DNA of 32,000 nucleotides from Candidatus Makana argininalis (GTDB lineage Bacteria; Pseudomonadota; Gammaproteobacteria; Enterobacterales; Enterobacteriaceae): assembly GCA_051307355.1 (NCBI GenBank), contig JBPPLQ010000001.1, forward strand, positions 173,644 to 205,643, written 5' to 3'. The notes beneath the pieces were generated by a model, which ran no database searches, was not told where the DNA came from, and saw only the letters and a program-made list of their open reading frames with translations. Below, one piece after another: positions 12,293 through 21,936 of the stretch (its first letter is position 1; every line of letters starts with the position of its first letter). Both the position numbers and the translations under genes were made by a program.

Positions 12293-12363
12293 AATATAAA
12301 AATATTTATTTAAAAAATTTTATTTTTAATTTTTTAATAAAATAATTAATTAGAGAAATTAAA

Positions 12364-14085
12364 ATGTTAGCTAGTAAATATTTATTATTTACTCTTAAAA
12401 AAGTTAATAATAATACAGAAAAATTTAATAATAAATTAATGATAAGATCAGGAATGATAAGAAAGTTATCATCTGGTATTTATACATGGCTACCAACTGG
12501 ATTAAGAATTTTAAGAAAAGTGGAAAATATTATTAGAAAAGAAATGAATAAAATTAATTCAATTGAAATTTCTTTACCTATAATACAACCTATTGATCTT
12601 TTTAAAAAAAGCGGTCGTTTATTAAAATATAAAAATAACTTATTTATAATAAAAGACAGAAGTAATAAATTACTAATTTTAGGACCTACTCATGAAGAAT
12701 TAATAACTAAAATTATGAGTAATAATAATTTTTCATACAAGCAATTTCCAATAATTTTATATCAAATACAAACTAAATTTAGAGATGAAATAAGACCCTA
12801 TGGAGGAATAATAAGATCTAGAGAATTTCTAATGAAAGATGCATATTCGTTTCATTATGATAAAAAATCTTTAAAAAAAACATACAAACAAATATATGAA
12901 ACATATATAACAATTTTTAAAAAAATTGGATTAAATTTTATTATTGTTAAAGCATACAATGGATCAATTGGCGGTAATATATCGCATGAATTTCAAGTAT
13001 TTTCTAAATATGGAAAAGATAAAATAGCTATTTCAAATAAATCTAAATATGCTGCAAATATAGAAGTAGCAAAATATAAATTTTCAAAACATAAATTTGA
13101 TAAATATGAAAATCTTAGACTAATAAATACATCTAATATTAATAATATTAATGAATTAATTAATTCTTTTTCTATTAAACATAAAAGAATCACTAAAACC
13201 TTTATAGTAAAAGCTAATAAAAAATTTAATAAAAGTCATTATATAGCTTTAATATTACGTATTGATCATAATTTAAATATATTTAAAATTGAAAAATTAC
13301 CACAAATTTATACTCCATTAACTTTAGCAAGTGATAAAGAAATTTATGATTTATTTAAAACTAATATTTTTTATTTAGGACCAGTTAATATGAAATTACC
13401 TGTTATTGTGGATTACAGTGCATATATGATGGATAATTTTATATCAGGTTCGAATATTCATAATAAACATTTTTTTGATATAAATTGGAAAAGAGATGTA
13501 AATATAAATTTAATAGAAGATTTAAGAAATGTAATAGATGGTGATATAAGCCCTGACGGCAAAGGTCAATTAAAGATTAAAAATTGTATTGAAATAGGAC
13601 ATATATTTCAATTAGGCACTAAATATTCAAAAATAATGAAATTAAAAATTAAAGGAAAAGATGGAAAAAATAATAAAATTTATATGGGATGTTATGGAAT
13701 AGGAATAACTAGATTAATATCATCAATAATTGAACAAAATAATATTAAAAATAAAATTATCTGGCCTGAATCAATAGCTCCGTTTAATATTGCTATTTTA
13801 CCTATTAATATGCATAAATCATTAATAGTTAATAAAATATCAAATTATTTATATAATGAAATAAAAAAAATAGGCATTGATACAATTTTGTATGATAAAA
13901 AAGTCAGTCCTGGAGTTATGTTTGCTGAAATAGAACTAATCGGTATTCCTAATTATATTATAGTAAGTGAAAGAAACTTAAAAAATAAAAAAATAGAATA
14001 TAAAAATTTAATTACTGGAAAAGTTGATTTAATCAATATAAATAACATTGTTGAATATTTAAATATTAAATTTTTTAAAAAATAA
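12364..14085 (+). CDS. proS: proline--tRNA ligase (bacterial type with INS editing domain)
   Basis: 573 aa versus about 572 in E. coli. Matching motifs: 'SGIYTWLPTGLRILRKVENIIR', 'RDEIRPYGGIIRSREFLMKDAYSF', 'GHIFQLGTKYS', 'MGCYGIGITR'. The INS region is retained ('KTFIVKA', 'YLGPVN', 'NKHFFDINWKRD'). Confidence 0.95.
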   Translation: MLASKYLLFTLKKVNNNTEKFNNKLMIRSGMIRKLSSGIYTWLPTGLRILRKVENIIRKEMNKINSIEISLPIIQPIDLFKKSGRLLKYKNNLFIIKDRSNKLLILGPTHEELITKIMSNNNFSYKQFPIILYQIQTKFRDEIRPYGGIIRSREFLMKDAYSFHYDKKSLKKTYKQIYETYITIFKKIGLNFIIVKAYNGSIGGNISHEFQVFSKYGKDKIAISNKSKYAANIEVAKYKFSKHKFDKYENLRLINTSNINNINELINSFSIKHKRITKTFIVKANKKFNKSHYIALILRIDHNLNIFKIEKLPQIYTPLTLASDKEIYDLFKTNIFYLGPVNMKLPVIVDYSAYMMDNFISGSNIHNKHFFDINWKRDVNINLIEDLRNVIDGDISPDGKGQLKIKNCIEIGHIFQLGTKYSKIMKLKIKGKDGKNNKIYMGCYGIGITRLISSIIEQNNIKNKIIWPESIAPFNIAILPINMHKSLIVNKISNYLYNEIKKIGIDTILYDKKVSPGVMFAEIELIGIPNYIIVSERNLKNKKIEYKNLITGKVDLININNIVEYLNIKFFKK

Positions 14086-14086
14086 T

Positions 14087-14749
14087 TTATTTATTTTCTT
14101 TATTATAATTTATTTTATTAAAAATATTATTTATTATCTCTTCTTTATTTTTAGAAGCATCAACAATATAATAATTATTGTTACCAATTAGAGATTCTTT
14201 ATAATAAAAATTTAGTAAATTATTATTATTTTTATGATATTCAATAAGACGTTTGTTTAATATATTTTTTTTATCATCATTTCTAGTTATTAATAAATCT
14301 CCTGTTATATCATCTTTTCCTTCAACTTTAGGTGGATTAAATTTCGAATTATATATTCTACCTGAAGGTATATGTATTTTTCTATAAACAATACGATCAA
14401 TTATAGTTTTATCTTTTATTGAAAGAAAAATTATATAATCAAATTTAATACCTAATTTTTTTAAAGATATTGCTTGTTTATAAGTTCTAGGAAATCCGTC
14501 TAAAACAAATCCATTTTTACAATCTTGTTTAGTAATTCTTGATTTTACAAATGAAATCACAATTGCATCATTTAATAATCTTCCAGAAGATATAGTTTTT
14601 GTAAAATTATTTTTATATTTAGTTTTTTTTTTCATACTATTTCTTATTAAATTACTTGTACAAATATGTTTAATTCCATATTTTTTGGAAATTAATTGTG
14701 ACTGAGTACCTTTTCCAGATCCTGGAGCTCCAATAATAATTATATTCAT
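14087..14749 (-). CDS. adk: adenylate kinase
   Basis: 220 aa. P-loop 'IIIGAPGSGKGTQ', then 'GFVLDGFPRT' and LID region 'HIPSGRIYNSKFNPPKVEGKDDITGDLLITRNDD'. Its stop is 1 nt from the convergent proS stop. Confidence 0.95.
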   Translation of the reverse strand: MNIIIIGAPGSGKGTQSQLISKKYGIKHICTSNLIRNSMKKKTKYKNNFTKTISSGRLLNDAIVISFVKSRITKQDCKNGFVLDGFPRTYKQAISLKKLGIKFDYIIFLSIKDKTIIDRIVYRKIHIPSGRIYNSKFNPPKVEGKDDITGDLLITRNDDKKNILNKRLIEYHKNNNNLLNFYYKESLIGNNNYYIVDASKNKEEIINNIFNKINYNKENK

Positions 14750-14827
14750 ATTTTTTGTTTAAATAAAATTTTTAATTTTATTAATACATAAGTTTATATA
14801 ATAAAATTATGTATTAAATATATTGTT

Positions 14828-15910
14828 TTAATATTTAGAATAAAATAATATTATTTTAAATATAATCATTTCAAATCCAATTTTATAATTTGGTGCAAAA
14901 TTTATTTCTTTACGACCATTTAAAAATATTTGATAATATAATTGTAAATTATAATTTGATATTACAATAGAAAGATTTTTTAATCTTAAATTAATTTTAT
15001 TATTTTTGTATTTTGTTTTAATTAGTTTATAAAATATAATTTTATTTATTAAAAATAATATATCAACTATAAGGTTATCCCAATCTATAATGATTTCGTG
15101 TAATTGATCTATTTTTTTCATTAAAGAAATTAAATCTTTTTTTGATAAATATTCAATAATTGAAATAGCATGTTCTAAGTCTAAAATTCCTAATATTTTT
15201 TTAACTGATTTTAAACTAATTGTATTATTATCTATTGCAATTACTTGTTCAACTAAACTTAATGCATCTCTTATACTACCATTGGCAAATTTAGATATAA
15301 TTTTTAAAGCTGAAGATTCTGAATAAATTTTTTCTTTTTTTAAAATATTAAGTAAATATATATAAATATTATTTATATTAATAGGTTTTAAATTAAAATG
15401 CAAACATCTTGAAATTATAGTAATTGGTATTTTACTAGGGTCTGTAGTAATTAATAAAAATTTTACATATTTTGGCGGTTCTTCTAAAGTTTTTAATATT
15501 GCATTAAAACTATATTTAGATAGCATATGTATTTCATCAATAATATATATTTTAAAACGTCTTTCAGAAGGTAAATATTGTATATTATCAATAATTTCTC
15601 TTATATCTTCAATTTTTGTTTTTGATGCAGCATCAACTTCAATTACATCTATACCATATCCTTTTGTAATTTCTTTACAAGAATTACACATATTACATGT
15701 ATTATAAGTTATTCCATTTTCACAATTTAAACTTTTAGCTAAAAGTCTTGCAGTAGTTGTTTTACCAACACCTCTTGTTCCAGAAAATAAATAAGCATGA
15801 TGAAGTTTACCTAGTTTAATACTATTAAAAATTGCTGAAACTATATGTGTTTGACCTATTAAATCCTTAAATTGATTTGGACGCCATTTTCTAGCAAGTA
15901 CTTTATACAT
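14828..15910 (-). CDS. dnaX: DNA polymerase III clamp-loader subunit DnaX, short (gamma-like, domains I-III only)
   Basis: 360 aa. Matching motifs: 'LARKWRPNQFKDLIGQTHIV', Walker A 'GTRGVGKTTTARLLAK', Zn module 'CENGITYNTCNMCNSC', 'IDEIHMLS', 'SRC'. It ends where E. coli domain III ends. No tau domains IV-V are present. Confidence 0.92.
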   Translation of the reverse strand: MYKVLARKWRPNQFKDLIGQTHIVSAIFNSIKLGKLHHAYLFSGTRGVGKTTTARLLAKSLNCENGITYNTCNMCNSCKEITKGYGIDVIEVDAASKTKIEDIREIIDNIQYLPSERRFKIYIIDEIHMLSKYSFNAILKTLEEPPKYVKFLLITTDPSKIPITIISRCLHFNLKPININNIYIYLLNILKKEKIYSESSALKIISKFANGSIRDALSLVEQVIAIDNNTISLKSVKKILGILDLEHAISIIEYLSKKDLISLMKKIDQLHEIIIDWDNLIVDILFLINKIIFYKLIKTKYKNNKINLRLKNLSIVISNYNLQLYYQIFLNGRKEINFAPNYKIGFEMIIFKIILFYSKY

Positions 15911-15992
15911 TTTATTAAATTTATTGAAATTATCAAAACTAATATTTTTAAAGTATTTTATATAATTAATTTATTCATATTTAATATTTTTA

Positions 15993-16079
15993 TACCCAGG
16001 GCGGGACTTGAACCCGCATAACTATTTGCTAGTTGAGGGATTTTAAGTCCCTTGTGTCTTCCTATTTCACCACCTGGGC
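15993..16079 (-). tRNA. leuZ: tRNA-Leu (anticodon UAA), class II with long variable arm
   Basis: Sense sequence GCCCAGGTGGTGAAATAGGAAGACACAAGGGACTTAAAATCCC...GCGGGTTCAAGTCCCGCCCTGGGTA. The anticodon loop is CT-TAA-AA. It is close to E. coli leuZ. It explains the spurious ORF 15958..16182. Confidence 0.93.
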
Positions 16080-16094
16080 TTATATATTTATAAT

Positions 16095-16165
16095 AGGCGC
16101 ATCTCGGAATTGAACCGAGGTAAACGGATTTGCAATCCGTTGCATAACCACTCTGCCAAAGCGCC
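16095..16165 (-). tRNA. cysT: tRNA-Cys (anticodon GCA)
   Basis: Sense sequence GGCGCTTTGGCAGAGTGGTTATGCAACGGATTGCAAATCCGTTTACCTCGGTTCAATTCCGAGATGCGCCT. The anticodon loop is TT-GCA-AA. The cysT-leuZ order matches the E. coli glyW-cysT-leuZ operon, with no glyW upstream here. Confidence 0.92.
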
Positions 16166-16526
16166 TTAATAAAGATAATCATAAATTATTCATAATTAAA
16201 AATATATTTTTATAAATTATTTATTTAAAAATATATTAATAATAATATATATTAAATTATAATTATAAAATAAAATATTTTAAAAATAATTAAATTATAC
16301 CATTTATTTTTTTTTTTGTAAATTTTATTTAAAATTTATTTATTATATATTAATATTAAATTTTAAATAACAGTATTAATATTTAATAAAATTTAACATT
16401 AAAATAATTTATAAATATATTTATTTTGCAACTAAATTAATTTATTCTTACTTTAAAAATAAAATTAGTTTATATTTATTTTTAAAATAATATAATATAA
16501 ATAAAATATAAAATTTGATTAAAATA

Positions 16527-17261
16527 ATGAAAAAAAAAATAATAAGACAAATTGTAATAGATACTGAAACTACTGGTATGAATAAAAAAGGAATTCATTA
16601 CAAGAATCATAGAATAATAGAAATAGGAGCTATAGAAATAATAAATAGAAATATTACTGGAAATTATTTTCATTCTTATATAAAACCAAATAGAGATATA
16701 GATATTGATGCATTTAATATACATGGTATTAGTAATGAATTTTTAAAAGATAAACCAAAATTTTCAGAAATAGCATATAAATTTTTTAATTTTATTAAAG
16801 GTTGTGATATTATAATTCATAATGCACAATTTGATATAGGTTTTATAAATTATGAATTTTCTATTCTTAATATAGGAATTAAAAAAATAAATGATTATTG
16901 TAATATAATAGATAGTCTTGCAATTGCTAGAAAACTATTTCCAGGAAAAAGAAATAGTTTAGATGCACTTTGTAATAGATATTTTATTGATAGTACAAAA
17001 CGTAAAAAACATGGAGCATTATTAGATTCTGAAATCCTTGCAGATATTTTTTTACTTATGACTGGAGGTCAGAAATCAATAAAGTTTAATATATCAGAAT
17101 ATGAAAACAAAAAAAAAATAGAATATAAAAATAAATATCATTATTATAATAAAAAAAAAAATAAAATAATTTATGCTAATAAAGATGAAACTAATACACA
17201 TGAAGTAATATTAAATAATATATATAAAAAAAATAAAAAATGCTTATGGAAAAACAAATAA
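16527..17261 (+). CDS. dnaQ: DNA polymerase III epsilon (3'-5' proofreading exonuclease)
   Basis: Matching motifs: 'RQIVIDTETTGMN', 'HRIIEIGAIE', 'IIHNAQFDIGFINYEF', 'PGKRNSLDALCNRY', 'HGALLDSEILADIFLLMTGGQ', clamp-binding-like 'QKSIKF'. I prefer ATG 16527 over the in-frame ORF-track TTG at 16515 because it aligns with the E. coli N-terminus. Confidence 0.93.
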   Translation: MKKKIIRQIVIDTETTGMNKKGIHYKNHRIIEIGAIEIINRNITGNYFHSYIKPNRDIDIDAFNIHGISNEFLKDKPKFSEIAYKFFNFIKGCDIIIHNAQFDIGFINYEFSILNIGIKKINDYCNIIDSLAIARKLFPGKRNSLDALCNRYFIDSTKRKKHGALLDSEILADIFLLMTGGQKSIKFNISEYENKKKIEYKNKYHYYNKKKNKIIYANKDETNTHEVILNNIYKKNKKCLWKNK

Positions 17262-17311
17262 AATATTTATTGTTTAAATAAATTTAAAAACATATTAAAT
17301 GGTTTTATTTT

Positions 17312-17902
17312 ATGTATAAAAAACTAATAGTTAATGAACTTAATGAATCATTATTCATACTTGATAAATTTATTAAAAGTAATAATAATATAAAATTAAT
17401 ACAACAAGCTGCGAAAATAATTGTAAATACATTCAAATCAGGATGTAAAATTATTTCTTGTGGTAATGGCGGTTCTCATTGTGATGCTATGCATTTATCT
17501 GAAGAATTAATGGGTTTTTATCGTGAATACAGATGTGGTTATCCTGCTATTTCTATTTCTGATTCAAGTTATATATCTTGTGTAAGTAATGATTTAAGTT
17601 ATTCTAAAATTTTTTCTAGATATATAGATTCTATAGGAAAAAATGGTGATTTATTAATAGCATTAACTACATCTGGTAATTCAAAAAATATTATTAATGC
17701 TGTAAATTCTGCTAAAAACAAAAACATAAAAGTGATAGTTTTGACTGGGAATAATGGATATAAAAATAAAGAAGATGTTGATTTAGAAATATGTATTAAA
17801 CATATAGGTTATGCTGATAGAATACAAGAAATGCATATTAAAATAATACATATAATTATATTTATTGTAGAAACAATAATTAAAAAAAATATTAAAAAAT
17901 AA
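17312..17902 (+). CDS. gmhA: phosphoheptose isomerase (sedoheptulose-7-phosphate isomerase)
   Basis: 196 aa SIS-domain protein, almost collinear with E. coli GmhA. Matching motifs: 'SCGNGGSHCDAMHLSEEL', 'GYPAISISD', 'TSGNSKNII', 'IGYADRIQEMHIKIIHIII'. Confidence 0.88.
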   Translation: MYKKLIVNELNESLFILDKFIKSNNNIKLIQQAAKIIVNTFKSGCKIISCGNGGSHCDAMHLSEELMGFYREYRCGYPAISISDSSYISCVSNDLSYSKIFSRYIDSIGKNGDLLIALTTSGNSKNIINAVNSAKNKNIKVIVLTGNNGYKNKEDVDLEICIKHIGYADRIQEMHIKIIHIIIFIVETIIKKNIKK

Positions 17903-17975
17903 AATTTTTGTTTAAATTTTTAATTTTTAAATTAAATAAAATTTTAATAAAATGAAATAAAATTTAGAGAAAATT

Positions 17976-18260
17976 ATGTTAATAATTAATGCTGAATTTC
18001 GTAAAAATAAAGGAAAAGGTTATAGTAGAAGATTAAGATTAAAAAATAAAATACCATCTGTAATTTATGGATTAAATAAAATATCTTATATTATTAAGAT
18101 AAATCAAAAATTTTTATCTAAAAATAAAATTAAACAATATTTAAATAAAAAAAATTTACTAATTAATATTAAAGGAAAAAAAATAAAAGTCAAAATACAA
18201 GAAATACAAAAACATTCATTTAAACCTAAAATTATTCATATTGATTTTATTAGAATTTAA
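17976..18260 (+). CDS. rplY: 50S ribosomal protein L25 (short enterobacterial form)
   Basis: 94 aa. 'INAEFRKNKGKGYSRRLR', 'IPSVIYG' and 'HSFKPKIIHIDFIRI' match E. coli L25 (94 aa). Confidence 0.92.
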   Translation: MLIINAEFRKNKGKGYSRRLRLKNKIPSVIYGLNKISYIIKINQKFLSKNKIKQYLNKKNLLINIKGKKIKVKIQEIQKHSFKPKIIHIDFIRI

Positions 18261-18318
18261 CTTTATTAATAAATGATTAAATATTTTTTATCTGTTCAAT
18301 ATAAATCTGTTAATATTA

Positions 18319-18408
18319 GGTGAGGTGTCAGAGTGGATTAAAGAGCACGCCTGGAAAGTGTGTATACATTATTAAAATGTATCGAGGGTTCGAATCCCTC
18401 CCTCACCT
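18319..18408 (+). tRNA. serW: tRNA-Ser (anticodon GGA), class II
   Basis: GGTGAGGTGTCAGAGTGGATTAAAGAGCACGCCTGGAAAGTGTGTATAC...GAGGGTTCGAATCCCTCCCTCACC plus T. The anticodon loop is CT-GGA-AA. It is very close to E. coli serW/serX. Confidence 0.92.
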
Positions 18409-18459
18409 AATTAATAAAATTAATTTTATTTGTTAACAAAATGCATCTTTGTAAAGAAA

Positions 18460-20853
18460 TTAATTAATATTAAAATTAATATTTAAAATATTTTTTTTAA
18501 ATTTTAGAATTAATTTTACAAAACAATTTTTCACTATGTTAGAAATTTCATTTTTATGTAATGTACGTTTTAAATTTTGTAAAGTTAATCTAATAGAAAA
18601 ACTTTTGAACCCGTATTTAATTTCTGGTCCTTCATAAATATTCAATAATGTAATATCAATAAGTTTTTTTTTAAGATTTTTTTTACATTCAGATATAATA
18701 TCTATATATTTGATATTATTAGATACAATACATGATATATCTCTATAATAATATGGAAACGTAGAAATAGAATTTATTTTAAATTTTTTATTTTTATAAG
18801 TTTTATTTAATAAAATTTCAAAAACCAATGTTTTACAATTTAAATTAAAATATTTTAAAATATTAGGATTAAGAAATCCAAAATATGCAATTTTTTTATT
18901 TTTTAAATAAACTTCAGAGCTTTTACCTGGATGAAATAATTTATTATTACATTCTTTAAATTCAATATTTGTAATTTGATTATTAATTTCAAAAATAGAT
19001 TCAATATCTCCTTTAATATCATAAAAATCTGCATTTTCATTTTTTTTATCCCAATATTCATTGTAAATTGATCCAATAATAATTCCAGAAATAAAAAATT
19101 TTTGATTAATTCCAATATTATATTTTTTATCAGGTATAAAACAAAAACCGCTTTCAAATAACTTAATTCTTTTTTGTTGTCGATATCTATTATAAATTGC
19201 TGTCTTTATAAGACCTGTTAATAAAGATATTCTCATTGCACACATATCTTTAGATATTGGATTTAATATTTTTAAACATGATTTATTAGGAAAAATAATA
19301 TTTTGTTCTTTTATATTAATAAAGCTGTAATTTATTACTTCTTGATATCCACGATGTAATAAAAATGTTTTAATTTTAGAAAATTCAATATTTTTTTTTT
19401 TATTAAATTTAATGGGGTTTTTATTTATATATGGTACTTTTTTAATATTATCATAACCATATATTCTACATATTTCTTCTATTATATCTTCTTCTATTAA
19501 TATATCATTTCTCCATTTAGGTGGAATGATATTCCAACCAAGTTGATATTTTCTTTTTTTAAATCCAAGATTGTTTAAGATATTATTAATTTTAATGTCA
19601 GGAATATAATTTCCTATAATTTTATTAATCTTTTTTCTTGTAATAAATATTTTTTTTTTTTTTGAAATATTATTTACATTATTTTTATATAAAATATTAC
19701 CTGGAACACCACCACATATCATTACTAATAAATAAGTTAATCTATTTAATGCATATTCTTGTATATTGATATCTATTTCTCTTTCATATAAAGTATTAAC
19801 TTCTGTATTAAGATTGCAATATTTAATATTATTTAATATTGATAATTTATTAAATAAAGCACATTCTAATATTATATTTTTAGTTTTTGCATTAATTTCA
19901 TAATTATTATTATTTATAATTCCAACTATTGACATTACGTGTGTTTTGTCAGCAATAATTAAAATTTTATTATTTAAATTTATTTGTATTCCATTTATTA
20001 AATTAATTTTTTCATTATTATATGCATATCTAATTATAATTTTACTTTCGATTTTATCTAAATCAAATACATTAAAAGGTTGACCAAGTTCAATTTGAAC
20101 ATAATTAATGATATTTTTGATACAATGTTCTAATTTTATACCACAATTTTTTAATCTTTCACTAATCCATATTGGTGTAATAGATTTGAAATTAATATTT
20201 TTTATTATTCTTAATAAATATTTAAAACATAATTTTTTTTCTTTTATTTTAAATTTTATTTTGAAATTTTTATTTAAAATATGATTATTTATTATTTTTG
20301 GATATTTAATTGGTATTTTATTTTTTGCTGAAATTTCTCTAGCTATACCAATTAAACTTAAACAATCTGATCTATTATATGGAATAGATATATCAAATAT
20401 ATTATCATCAAGATTAAAATAATTTTCTATTTTTTTACATTTTGTTAAAATATTTTTAATATCTATTATTTTATTTTTTTTAAATTTAATGTTTATATTT
20501 TTAAAATTAAAAATTTTATTATCAGAAATATTACCAAATTTATCTAAAATTTTTTTTTTTATATTATAATTTAAAAAATATTTTTTATATATTAAAATTT
20601 TCATCTTTTTTTTATCACTAAAAATATTTAATTTTTTTTTTTTACCTATATCTATTTTTAATATATATATATTTTTATTTTTAGAATAAATTTTAAATTT
20701 TATTATTTTCCCAATTATAAATTTATTAAAATTATAATTTTTTTTTTTATTATTATATACCTCAAAACCTAACATACTTATTTGTTCAGATAATTTATAA
20801 CTACTAATTTTTGGATTAACTAATTCTCTAAGCCATAATTCACTTACTTTCAT
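18460..20853 (-). CDS. pheT: phenylalanine--tRNA ligase beta subunit
   Basis: 797 aa versus about 795 in E. coli, immediately downstream of pheS. N-terminus 'MKVSELWLRELVNP' (E. coli MKFSELWLREWVNP). Other matches: 'NRSDCLSLIGIAREI', 'PPKWRNDILIEEDIIEEICRIYGYDNI', 'NPISKDMCAMRISLL'. Confidence 0.95.
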   Translation of the reverse strand: MKVSELWLRELVNPKISSYKLSEQISMLGFEVYNNKKKNYNFNKFIIGKIIKFKIYSKNKNIYILKIDIGKKKKLNIFSDKKKMKILIYKKYFLNYNIKKKILDKFGNISDNKIFNFKNINIKFKKNKIIDIKNILTKCKKIENYFNLDDNIFDISIPYNRSDCLSLIGIAREISAKNKIPIKYPKIINNHILNKNFKIKFKIKEKKLCFKYLLRIIKNINFKSITPIWISERLKNCGIKLEHCIKNIINYVQIELGQPFNVFDLDKIESKIIIRYAYNNEKINLINGIQINLNNKILIIADKTHVMSIVGIINNNNYEINAKTKNIILECALFNKLSILNNIKYCNLNTEVNTLYEREIDINIQEYALNRLTYLLVMICGGVPGNILYKNNVNNISKKKKIFITRKKINKIIGNYIPDIKINNILNNLGFKKRKYQLGWNIIPPKWRNDILIEEDIIEEICRIYGYDNIKKVPYINKNPIKFNKKKNIEFSKIKTFLLHRGYQEVINYSFINIKEQNIIFPNKSCLKILNPISKDMCAMRISLLTGLIKTAIYNRYRQQKRIKLFESGFCFIPDKKYNIGINQKFFISGIIIGSIYNEYWDKKNENADFYDIKGDIESIFEINNQITNIEFKECNNKLFHPGKSSEVYLKNKKIAYFGFLNPNILKYFNLNCKTLVFEILLNKTYKNKKFKINSISTFPYYYRDISCIVSNNIKYIDIISECKKNLKKKLIDITLLNIYEGPEIKYGFKSFSIRLTLQNLKRTLHKNEISNIVKNCFVKLILKFKKNILNINFNIN

Positions 20854-20866
20854 TAATTTCTCGATT

Positions 20867-21850
20867 TTATTTAAATTGTTTTAAAAAACGAACATCATTT
20901 TCAAAAAATTCACGTAAATCTACAATACCATAACGTAAACTTGTTAATCTTTCTATTCCAATACCAAAAGCAAAACCTGAATATATTTCTGAATCAATAT
21001 TTAATTTCTCTAGAATATTAGGGTGTATCATACCACATCCTAACACTTCTAACCAATGTCCATTTGTATCAAAAATATCTACTTCTGCTGAAGGTTCTGT
21101 AAATGGAAAATATGATGGACGAAAACGTATTTTTATTTTTTTATCAAAAAAATAATATAAAAATTCATTTAATAAATTTTTTAAGTTTGCGAAACTTACA
21201 TTAACATCAACTAATAAACCTTCAGTTTGATGAAACATAGGTGTATGTTTTTTATCACAGTCATTTCTATACACTTTTCCTGAAGAAATTATACTTATTG
21301 GAGGTTTATTAGTTTTCATAGTTCTTATTTGCACAGAAGATGTTTGAGTACGAAGTAATCTTACTTTATCTAACCAAAAAGTATCTTTTTTTGATCTAGA
21401 AGGATGATTTTTTTTGATATTTAAATAATCAAAATTATGATAAGAATCTTCTATTTCAGGTCCAAATTCTAATCTAAATCCTATTTTTAAAAAAAATTTT
21501 TCAATTATTGAAATAGTTTTTGATATAGGATGATAATTACCAATATTAATTTTTCTACCAGGAATAGAAATATCTATTTTTTTTTTATTTATAATTTCAA
21601 TTATATTTTTATTTTCTATATAATTTATTTTTTTTTTTATATTTTTTTGAAATTTTTTTTTAGCTTTATTTATGATTAATCCTTCTGTATTTCTTAATTT
21701 TACAGGTAAATTTAATAAATTTTTTATTTTTTTATTAAAATAACCTTTTCTTCCTAAATATTTAATTTTAATAAAATTTAGTTTTTCTTTATTATTTGTT
21801 TTTTTTATAATTTTTTTAACATTATTTAATATCTCTAATATATTTTTCAT
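20867..21850 (-). CDS. pheS: phenylalanine--tRNA ligase alpha subunit
   Basis: 327 aa. Matching motifs: 'HPISKTISIIEKFF', 'NFDYLNIKKNHPSR', 'LLRTQTSSVQIRTM', 'GKVYRNDCDKKHTPMFHQTEGL', 'FRPSYFPFTEPSAEVD', 'GCGMIHPNIL', 'GFAFGIGIERL'. Confidence 0.96.
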   Translation of the reverse strand: MKNILEILNNVKKIIKKTNNKEKLNFIKIKYLGRKGYFNKKIKNLLNLPVKLRNTEGLIINKAKKKFQKNIKKKINYIENKNIIEIINKKKIDISIPGRKINIGNYHPISKTISIIEKFFLKIGFRLEFGPEIEDSYHNFDYLNIKKNHPSRSKKDTFWLDKVRLLRTQTSSVQIRTMKTNKPPISIISSGKVYRNDCDKKHTPMFHQTEGLLVDVNVSFANLKNLLNEFLYYFFDKKIKIRFRPSYFPFTEPSAEVDIFDTNGHWLEVLGCGMIHPNILEKLNIDSEIYSGFAFGIGIERLTSLRYGIVDLREFFENDVRFLKQFK

Positions 21851-21912
21851 CTACTTAATTCCTTAAAATAAATTTTATTTATTTATAAAAAATTATTTTT
21901 TATTAAATAGAG

Positions 21913-21936
21913 AAGCCTCCTTTTATATGGAGGCTT
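21913..21936 (-). terminator. GC-containing hairpin between rplT and pheS (terminator or attenuator remnant)
   Basis: Perfect 8-bp inverted repeat AAGCCTCC (21913-21920) / GGAGGCTT (21929-21936) with an 8-nt loop. It starts 10 nt downstream of the rplT stop. On the sense (minus) strand it is followed by the U-rich CUCUAUUUAAU. It is the only GC-rich element in this spacer. Confidence 0.5.

Noticed and set aside
12993-13193. 66-aa minus-strand ORF inside proS
   Set aside because: It is antisense to proS and is a composition-driven ORF.
15958-16182. 74-aa minus-strand ORF ('...GYATDCKSVYLGSIPR...')
   Set aside because: It is fully explained by the relatively GC-rich tRNA-Leu(UAA) and tRNA-Cys(GCA) genes it reads through. 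It is a classic tRNA-derived false ORF.
16515-16526. ORF-track TTG start for dnaQ
   Set aside because: The in-frame ATG at 16527 aligns better with the E. coli DnaQ N-terminus. The four extra codons (MIKI) are probably not translated. Not proven.
16482-16724. 80-aa minus-strand ORF overlapping the dnaQ start
   Set aside because: The product is extreme low-complexity (Y/I/F/S). It is antisense to the conserved dnaQ N-terminus and has no similarity to RNase HI.
17312-17902. Possibility that the SIS-domain protein is DiaA, the DnaA-initiator-associating protein, which would bear on the dnaA absence
   Set aside because: Its motifs ('GNGGSHCDAMH', 'GYADRIQEMHIKIIH') match GmhA. They do not match DiaA as I recall it ('GNGTSAANAQHF', 'SARIQEMHM').
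18903-19157. 84-aa minus-strand ORF in another frame within pheT
   Set aside because: It is an alternative-frame ORF on the same strand, inside a strongly supported CDS, and is low-complexity.
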